Numbered from the stretch's first letter, positions 30,018 through 40,091 are shown. The stretch: DNA of 64,000 nucleotides from Chamaesiphon sp. (GCA_965246715.1 CBDFFH010000015.1:352001-416000), one strand, 5' to 3'. Notes: generated from the letters alone by a model not told the origin. Translations and numbers: made by a program.

Positions 30018-31497
30018 TACCCCTGTTAAGGTGACAAAAGCATGACTAAGTAGTGAGGAGCCGAAAAGTAGCAATATGAGGATGTTTGGGGTCATACTTC
30101 TTCTTTGTGGGCGGCTTTTTTGCTCCTCGTGGGGACGACAAGAAACGTTTGAGATTCACATGACTTGCACATGCTCGCAAAAACTCCGCTAACAAAAGCA
30201 CACTCATGTGTGCAAAAGGTTGCCAATCCTCAGCACAGATCGCAATCTCCATCCCTCGAAAAGTTGACTGGACTTCTTCAACCACATAATAATTGGATAA
30301 GCTCGACTCAATTTTTCCGGCACCATGAACATCTTTAAGCGCAGCTTTAACCGTAGATAGAATGTTAAACGCCATCAGTGCTATACAAAAAACGCACAAT
30401 GCCGCTTTGGGATAACCCAATGTCTTGAGTTCACAATTAAAAGTATCAGTAATAACTTGGAACATCTGTTCGATTTGCCATCGATTGAGGTAAAGATCTG
30501 CCACCATGATGGCTGTCACCTCTGTCTGAGGCAAATTAGTTAACACTGTTACTTGTAAATCGCCATGACGAGTTGAGTGTTTCAGTTGAATCGTCACTCG
30601 GCGGACAAAAAGACCACTATCGAGTCGAACCTGTTGCTCGAAAATAGTGCCACTGTCATTTTGCCCAACTGCCAATCTTGGTGTTATTTCCGTCCATTTC
30701 AAACCCAGGTGCTCTCGAATCACAAAACTGGCTCCATGTGTACTAATACCAGTCAAAAAGTCCTTGGTGCAAAAATTCCGGTCAGCAATCCATACTTGCC
30801 CTGCTTTGACCGTTTCGAGCACTAATGGTAGCAACGATCGCTCTTGAGCGTGAGCATCTTCTTCTGGAAATACATCCACGACCATTTCTCGCTGCGGGTC
30901 TAGTACCGCGATTGCTTGTCCTGGCAAGGCTCCTGCAACTTCTGGTCGTAATACCTTTAGTCGATGTTCTGTGCCCCCGATATGATTCCCATCAATGATT
31001 CTGACTTCGGATCCTGGTAAGACGACCTTAATTGCTTGAGTAAATTCTGTGACTACTGAGGAAAGTTGTTCGCCACTATACCGCACCAATGCCTGAGACA
31101 AATTAGGTTCTAGCCCATTGATTTTGGCATACAAGGATACTTTCGACACCCCCACTACTTTCTCGAATGCTTTGTAAGCGGCACCCACTGATGGATAAAT
31201 CCCGCAGACGACTAAGCTCATGATTTCGACTACGTTTGAGAATAAGAGTTCTCTGGTGTACTGCCGCTCGGCAGTGTCTTCAAACAACCGCTCTAGTTGC
31301 TCTGTGGCAAAGATTCTTTCCATAATTGCTCTTACCATCACTGTCAAAGGTGTCTGTTCTACAAATCTCTCAAAGATGTCACTAATCATCTTCAATTCCC
31401 TCACTCTGCTTAGGTTTTCAGCTTTCGAGTCAGATTATACTCGGCTTTTATGCCCTTTGAGGCTCTACCAGTACAACAGCTCACCTTAACAGGGGTA
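30018..31497 (-). mobile_element. Complete IS4-family insertion sequence (1480 bp)
   Basis: Perfect 17-bp TIRs TACCCCTGTTAAGGTGA / TCACCTTAACAGGGGTA; 10-bp target duplication CTCTAGACCC at 30008-30017 and 31498-31507. Confidence 0.95.
30046..31404 (-). CDS. IS4-family DDE transposase
   Basis: IIDGNH, IADRNF, YLNRWQIE (Y-2-R-3-E signature); lies between the TIRs. Confidence 0.93.
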   Translation of the reverse strand: MRELKMISDIFERFVEQTPLTVMVRAIMERIFATEQLERLFEDTAERQYTRELLFSNVVEIMSLVVCGIYPSVGAAYKAFEKVVGVSKVSLYAKINGLEPNLSQALVRYSGEQLSSVVTEFTQAIKVVLPGSEVRIIDGNHIGGTEHRLKVLRPEVAGALPGQAIAVLDPQREMVVDVFPEEDAHAQERSLLPLVLETVKAGQVWIADRNFCTKDFLTGISTHGASFVIREHLGLKWTEITPRLAVGQNDSGTIFEQQVRLDSGLFVRRVTIQLKHSTRHGDLQVTVLTNLPQTEVTAIMVADLYLNRWQIEQMFQVITDTFNCELKTLGYPKAALCVFCIALMAFNILSTVKAALKDVHGAGKIESSLSNYYVVEEVQSTFRGMEIAICAEDWQPFAHMSVLLLAEFLRACASHVNLKRFLSSPRGAKKPPTKKKYDPKHPHIATFRLLTT

Positions 31498-31677
31498 CTC
31501 TAGACCCTGAATCATAAAAGTGAGGAGGCAATCCCATTTACAGTACCCAAATATCATGGGCTTGGCCAGCTATTTTCCATAATGAGAATTGCTGGATCGC
31601 TAGGTCGATCGGAGATTGGCGATCGGAAGGTACCTAAAATCGCTATGCTAGAGCAGAACACGATCTGAGAACGCGGT

Positions 31678-32067
31678 ATGAGCTTAGAATATCCCGATAA
31701 TTTACGCTATGTAGACAGCCATGAGTATGTCAGTACGACCGCAGACGTAGCAACGATCGGTGTGAGTGCCTTTGCAGTAGACCAATTGGGTGATATCGTA
31801 TTTGTCGAATTACCCGAAGTTGGCGAGACGATTAGCAAAGGTAGTGCTTTTGGGACGATCGAGTCTGTCAAAGCCGTCGAAGATCTCAAAGCCCCAATTA
31901 GTGGCAAGGTACTCGAGCGCAATGATGCCGCGATCGATGCGCCAGAAATAATTAGCACCGATCCATATCAAACTGGCTGGTTGCTGAAAATTAGTGTTGA
32001 CAATGACAACGAACTTAAGGACACTCTCTCAGCCACGGAATATCGCGTTCGTGTTGAAGGTGCTTAG
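31678..32067 (+). CDS. gcvH: Glycine cleavage system H protein
   Basis: [22 protein letters not shown] (lipoyl-Lys), DPYQTGWL. Confidence 0.96.
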   Translation: MSLEYPDNLRYVDSHEYVSTTADVATIGVSAFAVDQLGDIVFVELPEVGETISKGSAFGTIESVKAVEDLKAPISGKVLERNDAAIDAPEIISTDPYQTGWLLKISVDNDNELKDTLSATEYRVRVEGA

Positions 32068-32193
32068 GGCATTCTAGATAGATAATCGATAATACTAATA
32101 CTGCCGCTCTATCGCAGTCAAATTTGTCGCAGCCAGATCTAGCTAGATCCGTTACATTTAATTACAGTATCTATTCAGACCTCGATCGCCACT

Positions 32194-35118
32194 ATGACGC
32201 AATCTTTACCTCGGTTCGCTCAGTCTGCACCAGCGGCTGCCAGTTCGGTTCGGTTTCCTACAGATGTAGAATTTGTGCCGAGACATATCGGCCCGCAGCC
32301 TGCTGATATCGATAAAATGCTGGCAGTATTAGGTGTGAGTAGTCTAGATGAAGCGATCGAGCGCACGGTGCCAGCCGGAATCAGGCTGACTCAGCCACTC
32401 GCGATTGAAGCAGTCCCAAGTGAATATACAGTTTTAAATAAACTCAAAGAAATCGCTGCCAAAAATCAGGTTTTCCGGTCTTATATCGGCATGGGCTATG
32501 CTAATTGCATCACCCCCACCACGATCCAACGGAATATCTTAGAAAATCCCGGTTGGTACACGCAATATACACCGTATCAACCCGAGATCGCTCAAGGGCG
32601 ATTGGAAGCATTACTCAATTATCAGACGATGATAATCGATCTGACCGGAATGGCGATCGCCAATGCTTCGCTCCTCGATGAAGGTACGGCAGCAGCAGAA
32701 GCAATGACGATGAGCTATGGGTTACAGAAGACTAAAATTAATAGTTTCTGGATATCTGAAGCTTGCCATCCCCAAACGATCGATGTCATTAAAACACGAG
32801 CTTTACCATTAGGCATCGAAGTAATTATCGGCGACCATCAATCGATCGATTTCAGCCAACCATTATTTGGGATGTTGTTACAATATCCCGCTAGCGATGG
32901 AGCGATTTATGATTATCGCAAAACGATCGATCGCGCGCATCAAGCTGGCGTTATCGTCACTGTTGCTGCTGACTTACTGAGTCTGACCCTCCTCACGCCA
33001 CCAGGCGAATTTGGTGCCGATATCGTGGTTGGGAATACCCAACGTTTCGGTGTACCACTGGGCTATGGTGGCCCTCATGCGGCCTACTTTGCGACCAAAG
33101 ATGCTTATAAGCGACAAATCCCCGGTCGGTTAGTTGGCGTATCCAAAGACAAACGTGGTAAAACGGCTCTCCGCTTGGCACTCCAAACCCGCGAACAACA
33201 CATCCGCCGCGATAAAGCCACGAGTAATATTTGTACCGCTCAAGTCCTGCTGGCAATTATGGCCGGAATGTATGCGGTTTATCATGGCCCAGAAGGTTTG
33301 AAATCGATCGCCACGCGGATTCACAATCTCACTTGTACTCTCGCCACTGGCTTGACTAAATTAGGCTACACCGTCGGGACTGCACCCTACTTCGACACAT
33401 TGCGGGTACAGGTAGATGGCAACGCCGCTGTAATTAGCGAACGTGCGGTAGCTCAAAAAATTAACCTCCGCCACATCGATGCTAATTCGATCGGCATCAC
33501 CCTCGACGAAACCACCTCCCCTGCGGATGTGATGGACTTATGGCGGATTTTTGCAGGTGACAAAGCGACCGATTTCACCTACTCCGAAATCGCTGAAACC
33601 GGCTCGACCGACTCGATTCAAACCTCAACCCTAGCACGGACATCTGCATACCTCACCCATCCAGTCTTCACTAGCTACCATTCCGAAACCGAATTGCTGC
33701 GGTATATGACGCGCTTACAATCCAAGGATTTATCCCTCGCTCAAGCAATGATTCCGCTCGGTTCCTGCACGATGAAGCTCAACGCGACCTCCGAGATGGT
33801 ACCCGTAACTTGGGCAGAATTCGGTCAAATCCACCCCTTCGCCCCCGTCGAACAGGCACAAGGTTATCAAGTATTATTTGATGACTTAGAGCGCTGGCTG
33901 GCCGAAATTACTGGCTTCGATGCGATTTCCCTTCAGCCGAATGCTGGCTCGCAAGGTGAATACACCGGACTATTAGTAATTCGTGAGTATCACCACCAAC
34001 GCGGCGATGTCGATCGCAATGTCTGCTTGATTCCCCAATCTGCCCACGGTACCAACCCAGCCAGCGCAGTGATGGCCGGAATGCAAGTAGTCCCGATCGC
34101 CTGTGACAATGATGGCAACATCGATGTCGCCGATCTCCGCGCTAAAGCCACCCAACATCAGGCTAAATTAGCCGCCTTAATGGTGACGTATCCCTCCACC
34201 CACGGCGTATTTGAAGAAGCGATTGTCGAAATTTGTACGATCGTCCACGAGCATGGCGGCCAAGTCTACATGGACGGGGCCAATCTCAACGCCCAAGTCG
34301 GCTTGTGTCGCCCCGGCGACTTCGGTGCCGATGTCTGTCACCTCAACCTCCACAAAACTTTCTGCATCCCCCACGGCGGTGGTGGCCCTGGCATGGGGCC
34401 GATCGGTGTTATGGCACATTTAGCCCCCTATCTGCCCACCCACAAAGTCATCCCTATGGGTGGAGAAAAAGGCATCGGCGCAGTCTCCGCCGCACCTTGG
34501 AGTAGCGCCAGCATTTTACCGATTTCCTGGGTCTACATTGCCCTCATGGGTGGATCGGGATTGAAATTAGCGACCGAAGTTGCCATTCTTAGCGCCAACT
34601 ACATCGCCAAACGCTTAGAGAACCACTACCCCGTCCTCTATAAAGGCAAAAATGGCTTTGTCGCGCACGAGTGTATTCTCGACCTGCGCGAGTTTAAAAA
34701 GACCGCCGACATCGAAGTCGATGATATCGCCAAACGTCTAATTGACTTTGGTTTCCATCCCCCCACCGTATCTTGGCCAGTCGCCGGAACGGTGATGGTC
34801 GAACCGACCGAAAGCGAATCATTAGCGGAACTCGATCGGTTTTGCGATGCGATGATCGCCATCCGCGAAGAAATCCACGAAATCGAAATCGGCAATGTGG
34901 ATAAACAAAATAACGCCCTGAAAAATGCCCCACACACGATCGCGGATCTGGTCGATGCGAGTTGGGATCGTCCTTACAGTCGCGAGCAGGCAGTGTTCCC
35001 TGTAGCTGGGTTGCAGGAATATAAGTTCTGGCCAGCAGTAGGTCGGATCGATCAAGCTTATGGGGACAGAAATCTGGTTTGTTCTTGTTTGCCGATGGAT
35101 GCCTATAGTCAGGAATAG
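32194..35118 (+). CDS. gcvP: Glycine dehydrogenase (decarboxylating), P protein
   Basis: [41 protein letters not shown] (PLP Lys), GDRNLVCSC. Confidence 0.97.
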   Translation: MTQSLPRFAQSAPAAASSVRFPTDVEFVPRHIGPQPADIDKMLAVLGVSSLDEAIERTVPAGIRLTQPLAIEAVPSEYTVLNKLKEIAAKNQVFRSYIGMGYANCITPTTIQRNILENPGWYTQYTPYQPEIAQGRLEALLNYQTMIIDLTGMAIANASLLDEGTAAAEAMTMSYGLQKTKINSFWISEACHPQTIDVIKTRALPLGIEVIIGDHQSIDFSQPLFGMLLQYPASDGAIYDYRKTIDRAHQAGVIVTVAADLLSLTLLTPPGEFGADIVVGNTQRFGVPLGYGGPHAAYFATKDAYKRQIPGRLVGVSKDKRGKTALRLALQTREQHIRRDKATSNICTAQVLLAIMAGMYAVYHGPEGLKSIATRIHNLTCTLATGLTKLGYTVGTAPYFDTLRVQVDGNAAVISERAVAQKINLRHIDANSIGITLDETTSPADVMDLWRIFAGDKATDFTYSEIAETGSTDSIQTSTLARTSAYLTHPVFTSYHSETELLRYMTRLQSKDLSLAQAMIPLGSCTMKLNATSEMVPVTWAEFGQIHPFAPVEQAQGYQVLFDDLERWLAEITGFDAISLQPNAGSQGEYTGLLVIREYHHQRGDVDRNVCLIPQSAHGTNPASAVMAGMQVVPIACDNDGNIDVADLRAKATQHQAKLAALMVTYPSTHGVFEEAIVEICTIVHEHGGQVYMDGANLNAQVGLCRPGDFGADVCHLNLHKTFCIPHGGGGPGMGPIGVMAHLAPYLPTHKVIPMGGEKGIGAVSAAPWSSASILPISWVYIALMGGSGLKLATEVAILSANYIAKRLENHYPVLYKGKNGFVAHECILDLREFKKTADIEVDDIAKRLIDFGFHPPTVSWPVAGTVMVEPTESESLAELDRFCDAMIAIREEIHEIEIGNVDKQNNALKNAPHTIADLVDASWDRPYSREQAVFPVAGLQEYKFWPAVGRIDQAYGDRNLVCSCLPMDAYSQE

Positions 35119-35131
35119 TATTAGAGTTAGA

Positions 35132-35159
35132 GTAGGGGTAATTGATGAATTACCCCTAC
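35132..35159. repeat. REP-like hairpin / terminator after gcvP
   Basis: GTAGGGGTAATT-GATG-AATTACCCCTAC. Confidence 0.7.
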
Positions 35160-35165
35160 AAGTAA

Positions 35166-35360
35166 ATTATTAGTGATGTTCTGGCTAAGACGCTTCGAGG
35201 TCGATCGATCGTGCATACCGATCCAGATATTATGTCAGGTGCGCCAGTATTTATCGGTACTCGTGTGCCGCTCCAAACTCTATTTGACTACCTAGAAGAT
35301 GAAAATGGTTTAAGTGAATTTTTAGAAGATTTTCCTCATCTAAAAGTTCCTGTAATCTAA
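35166..35360 (+). pseudogene. DUF433-family antitoxin remnant
   Basis: Frame reads IVHTDPDIMSGAPVFIGTRVPLQTLFDYLEDENGLSEFLEDFPHL; no ATG after the in-frame stop at 35163; TAA at 35358 followed by VLES. Confidence 0.75.
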
Positions 35361-35463
35361 GTATTGGAATCGAGCGTTTTTGATAAAACCTTCCGTATCG
35401 ATTTACTCATTAGAGAAACCCAATATTCACAATAGGATCGAGTGCCATCAGGATAGTAATGAT

Positions 35464-35787
35464 ATGATTACCAAAGAGTTAAAACAACAAATTTTATCCT
35501 TATCATCAGACGAACAATATGAGATAGTCCGGTTGATTCAGGCACAAACTAACTCATGGGCTGGGATTACTAAAACACCTGGAGTTGTTGGTGGCGATGC
35601 TTGTATTAGAAATATGCGGATTCCAGTTTGGAGCCTAGTTGAATATCGCCAAATGGGGGCTAACGATGACAAAATCCTTGAAGCCTATCCTCAATTGACA
35701 GCAGCAGATTTAGCTAATGCGTGGGCTTATGCTGAGACTTTTCCTGCTGAAATTGCTCAAGCAATTGCTGTGAATCAGGAAGCATAG
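35464..35787 (+). CDS. DUF433-domain antitoxin
   Basis: ITKTPGVVGGDACIRNMRIPVW, ILEAYPQLT; ATG at 35464 (ORF track starts at 35380). Confidence 0.9.
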   Translation: MITKELKQQILSLSSDEQYEIVRLIQAQTNSWAGITKTPGVVGGDACIRNMRIPVWSLVEYRQMGANDDKILEAYPQLTAADLANAWAYAETFPAEIAQAIAVNQEA

Positions 35788-36129
35788 ATGATTAAGTTAT
35801 ATGCTGACGAAAATTTTGAACTTCCAGTAGTTAAGCGGCTCAGAGAAAAAGGCTATGATGTACTAACGACGAGAGAAGCGGAAAAGGATAATCAAAGAAT
35901 TCCCGATGAGGACGTGTTGAACTTCGCCATCAGTCAAAATCGAGCAGTAATAACACTAAATTATAATCACTTTAAAAATCTCCACAAGCAGGTGAAAACA
36001 CATAGAGGAATTATAATTTGCAGTAGAAATGATGATTGGGATATTTTTGCCGATTGCATCGATATAGCACTACGAAATGAAGAATCGATCGAGGGTACAT
36101 TAATTTGGATAAATCGTCCTGTCAAATAG
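35788..36129 (+). CDS. DUF5615 PIN-like toxin
   Basis: KLYADENF, GYDVLT, IPDEDVL, RAVITLN, HRGII; abuts the DUF433 gene. Confidence 0.9.
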   Translation: MIKLYADENFELPVVKRLREKGYDVLTTREAEKDNQRIPDEDVLNFAISQNRAVITLNYNHFKNLHKQVKTHRGIIICSRNDDWDIFADCIDIALRNEESIEGTLIWINRPVK

Positions 36130-36294
36130 CCTTTCGATCGACTATTCGCAAACGCTGTCAATTTGTTAGTGGCGATCGAAAACAAATCGACTCATGAAAC
36201 GATCGATTTACTCAGTATCGAAACCCAACATTCACAAATTGTTGGTTAAGATATTTGGTTCTCACATGCACTTAATCTAACTTACTAACCTCAG

Positions 36295-36468
36295 CTATCT
36301 TGATACATACCATTCTTTATAATCAGCAATCGTTTCCGGCTTGAGTTTATCATTTTCAATACAAATACGAATTGTTATTTGATGGTAACTACCGTTATGA
36401 ATAAATGCTGGCAGTCCGATTCCTTTAATTAAGTTATCGTTCTCGTCTAATCTGTAAATATTTAACAT
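36295..36468 (-). CDS. Short AT-rich hypothetical ORF / gene fragment
   Basis: 57 aa from ATG 36468 (MLNIYRLDENDNLIKGIGLPAFIHNGSYH...); occupies the place of the missing mazF body. Confidence 0.35.
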   Translation of the reverse strand: MLNIYRLDENDNLIKGIGLPAFIHNGSYHQITIRICIENDKLKPETIADYKEWYVSR

Positions 36469-36490
36469 TTTTTGTGATTTTAAAGTGAAA

Positions 36491-36574
36491 TTAAGCTGGA
36501 AGAGTTTTCTGAATTTCTGCACCAACCGTTGGATCTAGATTAACCAGCCAAATTTCACCACGTTTAGAGCGCAT
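36491..36574 (-). pseudogene. mazF: Truncated MazF/PemK-family toxin (27 codons)
   Basis: MRSKRGEIWLVNLDPTVGAEIQKTLPA*, matching the MazF N-terminal signature; start overlaps the end of the upstream gene. Confidence 0.82.
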
Positions 36575-36875
36575 AGGTTTCGGCGATATCGAGGTTAATC
36601 CATTCTTCCCATTCTGCTTTATTTTCTTCGTAATAAGGTAGAGCAGCTTCAGCTTGCTGTGCTAAGATGCGGCGGCGCTCCTCGATCGATAGTTTGACAA
36701 AAGCTCGTCTATCTATGGACTGTGGATTAGATTCTGGAGCATCGGGGATAATCAAGATTACCTCGATCGTTTGTCCGTTGGCGTAGCCTCCGCTTTGCGG
36801 AATCGGAAGATTTGGCAGATCGATCTCTAAGCGATTACCTGTCTGAATGGTGGTGATGTAGCGGGTTTGTTTCAT
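36564..36875 (-). CDS. Putative antitoxin of the decayed MazF module, with an in-frame 24-nt micro-element
   Basis: Small acidic ORF overlapping the mazF remnant; FVKLSIEERRRILAQQAE motif; extra peptide PQSGGYAN. Confidence 0.75.
   Translation of the reverse strand: MKQTRYITTIQTGNRLEIDLPNLPIPQSGGYANGQTIEVILIIPDAPESNPQSIDRRAFVKLSIEERRRILAQQAEAALPYYEENKAEWEEWINLDIAETYAL
36778..36801 (-). repeat. 24-nt hairpin-GGCTACGCCAA micro-element inserted in-frame at CGAT^CG
   Basis: Minus strand CCGAT[TCCGCAAAGCGGAGGCTACGCCAA]CGG; removal restores CCGATCGG and preserves the frame. Confidence 0.75.
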
Positions 36876-37036
36876 TGATATATATACATACTCACTTGAC
36901 TATATTTTACTCCTAATAAATTAACGTTATTAACTCGATCGCGTAGAAAAATCCAGCGCGATCGATCCCCTCAACAAATAGATCGCTTATTGCTAAATAA
37001 CTGTTATCCTAGTAGACTGCTCTCTGTTGAAATACC

Positions 37037-38593
37037 ATGTTTTCCGACAATTCACCTGCTGACGGTTCTAGCGAACTTCCGACCCCCAGCCATTCGTTCA
37101 GACAAGGGGACGTAGTAGAACTTGAAATTACCGATGTGAGCGACAGTGGTGAAGGTGTCGGACGCGTTGACGATCGCGTAGTATTCGTGCCAGATACCGT
37201 TACAGGCGATCGAATTGCTGCCAGATTGGTTACTGTCAAGCGTCAATACGCCCACGGCAAATTATTGGAAGTTCTTACTGCTTCACCCCATCGGGTGCGG
37301 CCGAGTTGTATCGTCGCCGACAAGTGTGGCGGCTGTCAATTACAACACATCGACTACGACTATCAGCTTACTGCCAAAGAAAATCAAGTAGTTCAAGCGC
37401 TCAAACGCATCGGTGGCTTTACCGAACCGCCTGTCGCCCCGATTGTTGGCGCGCAGGGTAATTTTACCTACCGCAATAAAGTTACTTATCCCTTGGGTTA
37501 TACCGAAGTTGGGGCGATTAAGGCTGGTTACTACCGTAAAGGTACCCATCAAATCGTCAATATCAACCAGTGTCCCGTGCAGGATGACAGATTGAATCCC
37601 TTGCTCGCCGAAATCAAACTCGACTTGCAAGATCGTGGCTGGAAAATGTACGAGCCAGAGCAGAAGGGTGCTAGAGAGCCGGGAGCGCGCCGTACGGCAT
37701 TTAAAGTTATCGACCATAATGGCGATCCGGGCGTGGCACCAAATGGGATTCCCAAACCCAAGCTGCGCCCGCGCAAAGAAATTATCACGGTAGAACTAGA
37801 ACCAGACACCAGTCCCAAATTTCGCCACATGTTACTGCGAATCGGGCGACGCACGGGGGAAATCCTACTTACCTTTGTCGTGACTGGTTTCGACATCCCC
37901 AACTTCGAGGGGCAAGCACAACGCTGGATGAAACGCTATCCCAATCTGGTGGGAGTCTGTCTAAATCTAAACGATCGTGATAATAATACGATCTTTGGCT
38001 CGGAAACTCGGTGTATCGCTGGACGCGAATATATCTGTGAGACTTTTGGCAATTTACAATTTCAACTTAAAGCCGACACCTTCTTCCAGATCTATACCGA
38101 ACAAGCCGAAAACGTCCTCGATCTGATTATCGATCGCGCTGGTTTGACAGGCAATGAAACGCTGCTCGATGCTTATTGTGGGATCGGCACCTTTACATTA
38201 CCGCTCTCGAAACGAGTTAAAAAAGCTGTGGGGATTGAGGTTCACGCGGCATCTGTCGTCCAGGCGCGAGCGAATGCACGGCTCAACGGCATCAATAATA
38301 TTGAGTTTCGGACTGGTGAAGTTGAAGAATTGTTGCCAGAACTGGAAATGGCGATCGATGTCGTATTATTAGACCCACCACGCACGGGTTGCGATCGAGC
38401 TGTACTCGATGCCCTCACTGCACTACAACCCGCCCAAATCATCTATATCAGTTGCAAACCCGCTACTCTTGCCAGAGACTTGCAAATCCTGTGCGAACAA
38501 GGTAACTATCGGCTCGACCATGTGCGACCTGCCGATTTCTTCCCCCAAACCGCTCACGTCGAATGTGTGGCTTTTTTGGTCAAAGGTGAGTAA
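37037..38593 (+). CDS. rlmD: 23S rRNA (uracil-5)-methyltransferase RlmD/RumA
   Basis: TRAM domain, CIVADKCGGCQ Fe-S motif, FFQ, DAYCGIG, DPPR, YISCKP, DFFPQTAHVE. Confidence 0.94.
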   Translation: MFSDNSPADGSSELPTPSHSFRQGDVVELEITDVSDSGEGVGRVDDRVVFVPDTVTGDRIAARLVTVKRQYAHGKLLEVLTASPHRVRPSCIVADKCGGCQLQHIDYDYQLTAKENQVVQALKRIGGFTEPPVAPIVGAQGNFTYRNKVTYPLGYTEVGAIKAGYYRKGTHQIVNINQCPVQDDRLNPLLAEIKLDLQDRGWKMYEPEQKGAREPGARRTAFKVIDHNGDPGVAPNGIPKPKLRPRKEIITVELEPDTSPKFRHMLLRIGRRTGEILLTFVVTGFDIPNFEGQAQRWMKRYPNLVGVCLNLNDRDNNTIFGSETRCIAGREYICETFGNLQFQLKADTFFQIYTEQAENVLDLIIDRAGLTGNETLLDAYCGIGTFTLPLSKRVKKAVGIEVHAASVVQARANARLNGINNIEFRTGEVEELLPELEMAIDVVLLDPPRTGCDRAVLDALTALQPAQIIYISCKPATLARDLQILCEQGNYRLDHVRPADFFPQTAHVECVAFLVKGE

Positions 38594-38865
38594 CACGACA
38601 ATTTATTAGTAATTTTGTATGTCTATCGATCGATAGAGATATAAAAATAATCAATCTGTCGATTTGTAGAAATTCCGCAATTTAAACACTAGACTCATGG
38701 GTCTTTTTTTGTTACAATGGTAACTGTGAGTCTTGATATTTGTCGTAAAGAGAAATCGCGGTAGCGGTTTGTACTTCTAAGCAAGATATCGATGAGTCAC
38801 ACTGCTTTACAGCAGTTTGCGATTGTAATCCGGCAAAAATGCCTTACGGGGATTAAAAGATTGCT

Positions 38866-39306
38866 ATGCTACTAAATCCAGTGAAGTCCGAGTGGGATAA
38901 AGTCAGTTTTGCCTCGACTTTGTTTTTATGTCCGATCCTCGATAACCTATTGTCAGTAGTTCCCAGCAAATGGCACGCAGAAATTAGACTAGGACTCCAA
39001 GAAGCGTTAGTAAACGCAGCCAAACACGGAAATAACCTCGATCCACACAAGCAGGTTATTGTCCGTTTTTGTTTTGAAGAGGGTGCATATTGGTGGATCA
39101 TCTCGGATGAAGGCAGTGGGTTTCGACGACCGGAGACAGATCGACAAGAATTAGCTGCATTGCCACCTGTCGAAGCAGAATCGGGGCGGGGGATGTCGAT
39201 CTTACATCAAATTTTCGATCGGGTGGTCTGGAATCGCCAAGGTACTGAAATTTGCCTCTGCAAGCAATTGTCTTCTCAACGCGATCGCGAACCACTTTTA
39301 TCTTAG
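38866..39306 (+). CDS. pmgA: PmgA-like anti-sigma regulatory factor (RsbW/HATPase fold)
   Basis: SFASTLFLCPILD, LGLQEALVNAAKHGN, DEGSGF, SGRG; follows rlmD as in other cyanobacteria. Confidence 0.85.
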   Translation: MLLNPVKSEWDKVSFASTLFLCPILDNLLSVVPSKWHAEIRLGLQEALVNAAKHGNNLDPHKQVIVRFCFEEGAYWWIISDEGSGFRRPETDRQELAALPPVEAESGRGMSILHQIFDRVVWNRQGTEICLCKQLSSQRDREPLLS

Positions 39307-39371
39307 CGGATACCCAACGAGCTAGGGTACGCATCATGGGCATCCTTATGTCTGTCGCGGACGATCTACCA

Positions 39372-40091
39372 TCAAAGAATTTGAGCTGCAATTAAATCTT
39401 CTAAAGATTGAGTGAGATCTTGATGAAGTTTTTTCGCTCCAGTTTTGCTGGAAAATTGTTGATAGCTATTTACTTGTAAAGGTTTGCCAAGTTCGATCGA
39501 CACGCGATCGCGAAATTTGACATAGGGATGCTCGTAATTAAGATTAATCGGGATAATCTTCAGATCCAAATCTGGCTTCAGCGATACTGCTTGCATCGCA
39601 ATGCGCGCTAAACCTTCTTTGAGCGGGTGTAAGCTACCATCGCGAAATAGATTACCTTCTGGGAAAATCGTGAGCATTTCGCCTTGATGCAGCAGTTCGA
39701 TACTATGCCGGATACTAGAGATTCCGGGCTTGTCGGGATCGATCGCAAACCCACCCAATCGCCGCACGAACCAGCCTTGAATGCCATTCATTTCGTCCGC
39801 GCTGACCATAAATCTCGAATTTCGACCTGTTACATAAGGCCCCACTGCATACGAGGTAATAAATGTATCCCATCTAGTTTTGTGCGTAGGTGCGATAATT
39901 ACCGCACCTGAATAGGGGATATATTCTGCGCCAATTATTTCAATCTCGCGGAACATCGTGGGGAGAACGACAAATTGTCCCAGCGGATGAACGATCTTCG
40001 TCAACCACGGAGAGACCCGCGATTCGACAAGATGAGCAGCTTGGAGCGCAGAATTGTCAGACTTAGGATTGGTGAGTTCGGAGCCAGCCAT
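39372..40091 (-). CDS. plsC: 1-acyl-sn-glycerol-3-phosphate acyltransferase
   Basis: PTHKTRWD (HX4D), IFPEG. Confidence 0.85.
   Translation of the reverse strand: MAGSELTNPKSDNSALQAAHLVESRVSPWLTKIVHPLGQFVVLPTMFREIEIIGAEYIPYSGAVIIAPTHKTRWDTFITSYAVGPYVTGRNSRFMVSADEMNGIQGWFVRRLGGFAIDPDKPGISSIRHSIELLHQGEMLTIFPEGNLFRDGSLHPLKEGLARIAMQAVSLKPDLDLKIIPINLNYEHPYVKFRDRVSIELGKPLQVNSYQQFSSKTGAKKLHQDLTQSLEDLIAAQIL

Larger units (their letters stand above)
29959..31594. mobile_element. About 146-bp MITE (CAGCAATTCTCA termini) interrupted by the IS4 element
   Basis: CAGCAATTCTCATGATAGAA (29959-29978) vs TTCCATAATGAGAATTGCTG (31575-31594), 18/20 inverted match. Confidence 0.65.

Noticed and set aside
37652..37819. 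Intein in RlmD
   Set aside because: Too short, and lacks the N-terminal Cys/Ser and C-terminal His-Asn splice motifs
38711..38724. GTTAC-AATG-GTAAC palindrome upstream of pmgA as an NtcA site
   Set aside because: Does not match GTA-N8-TAC, and is too short to assign to another regulator
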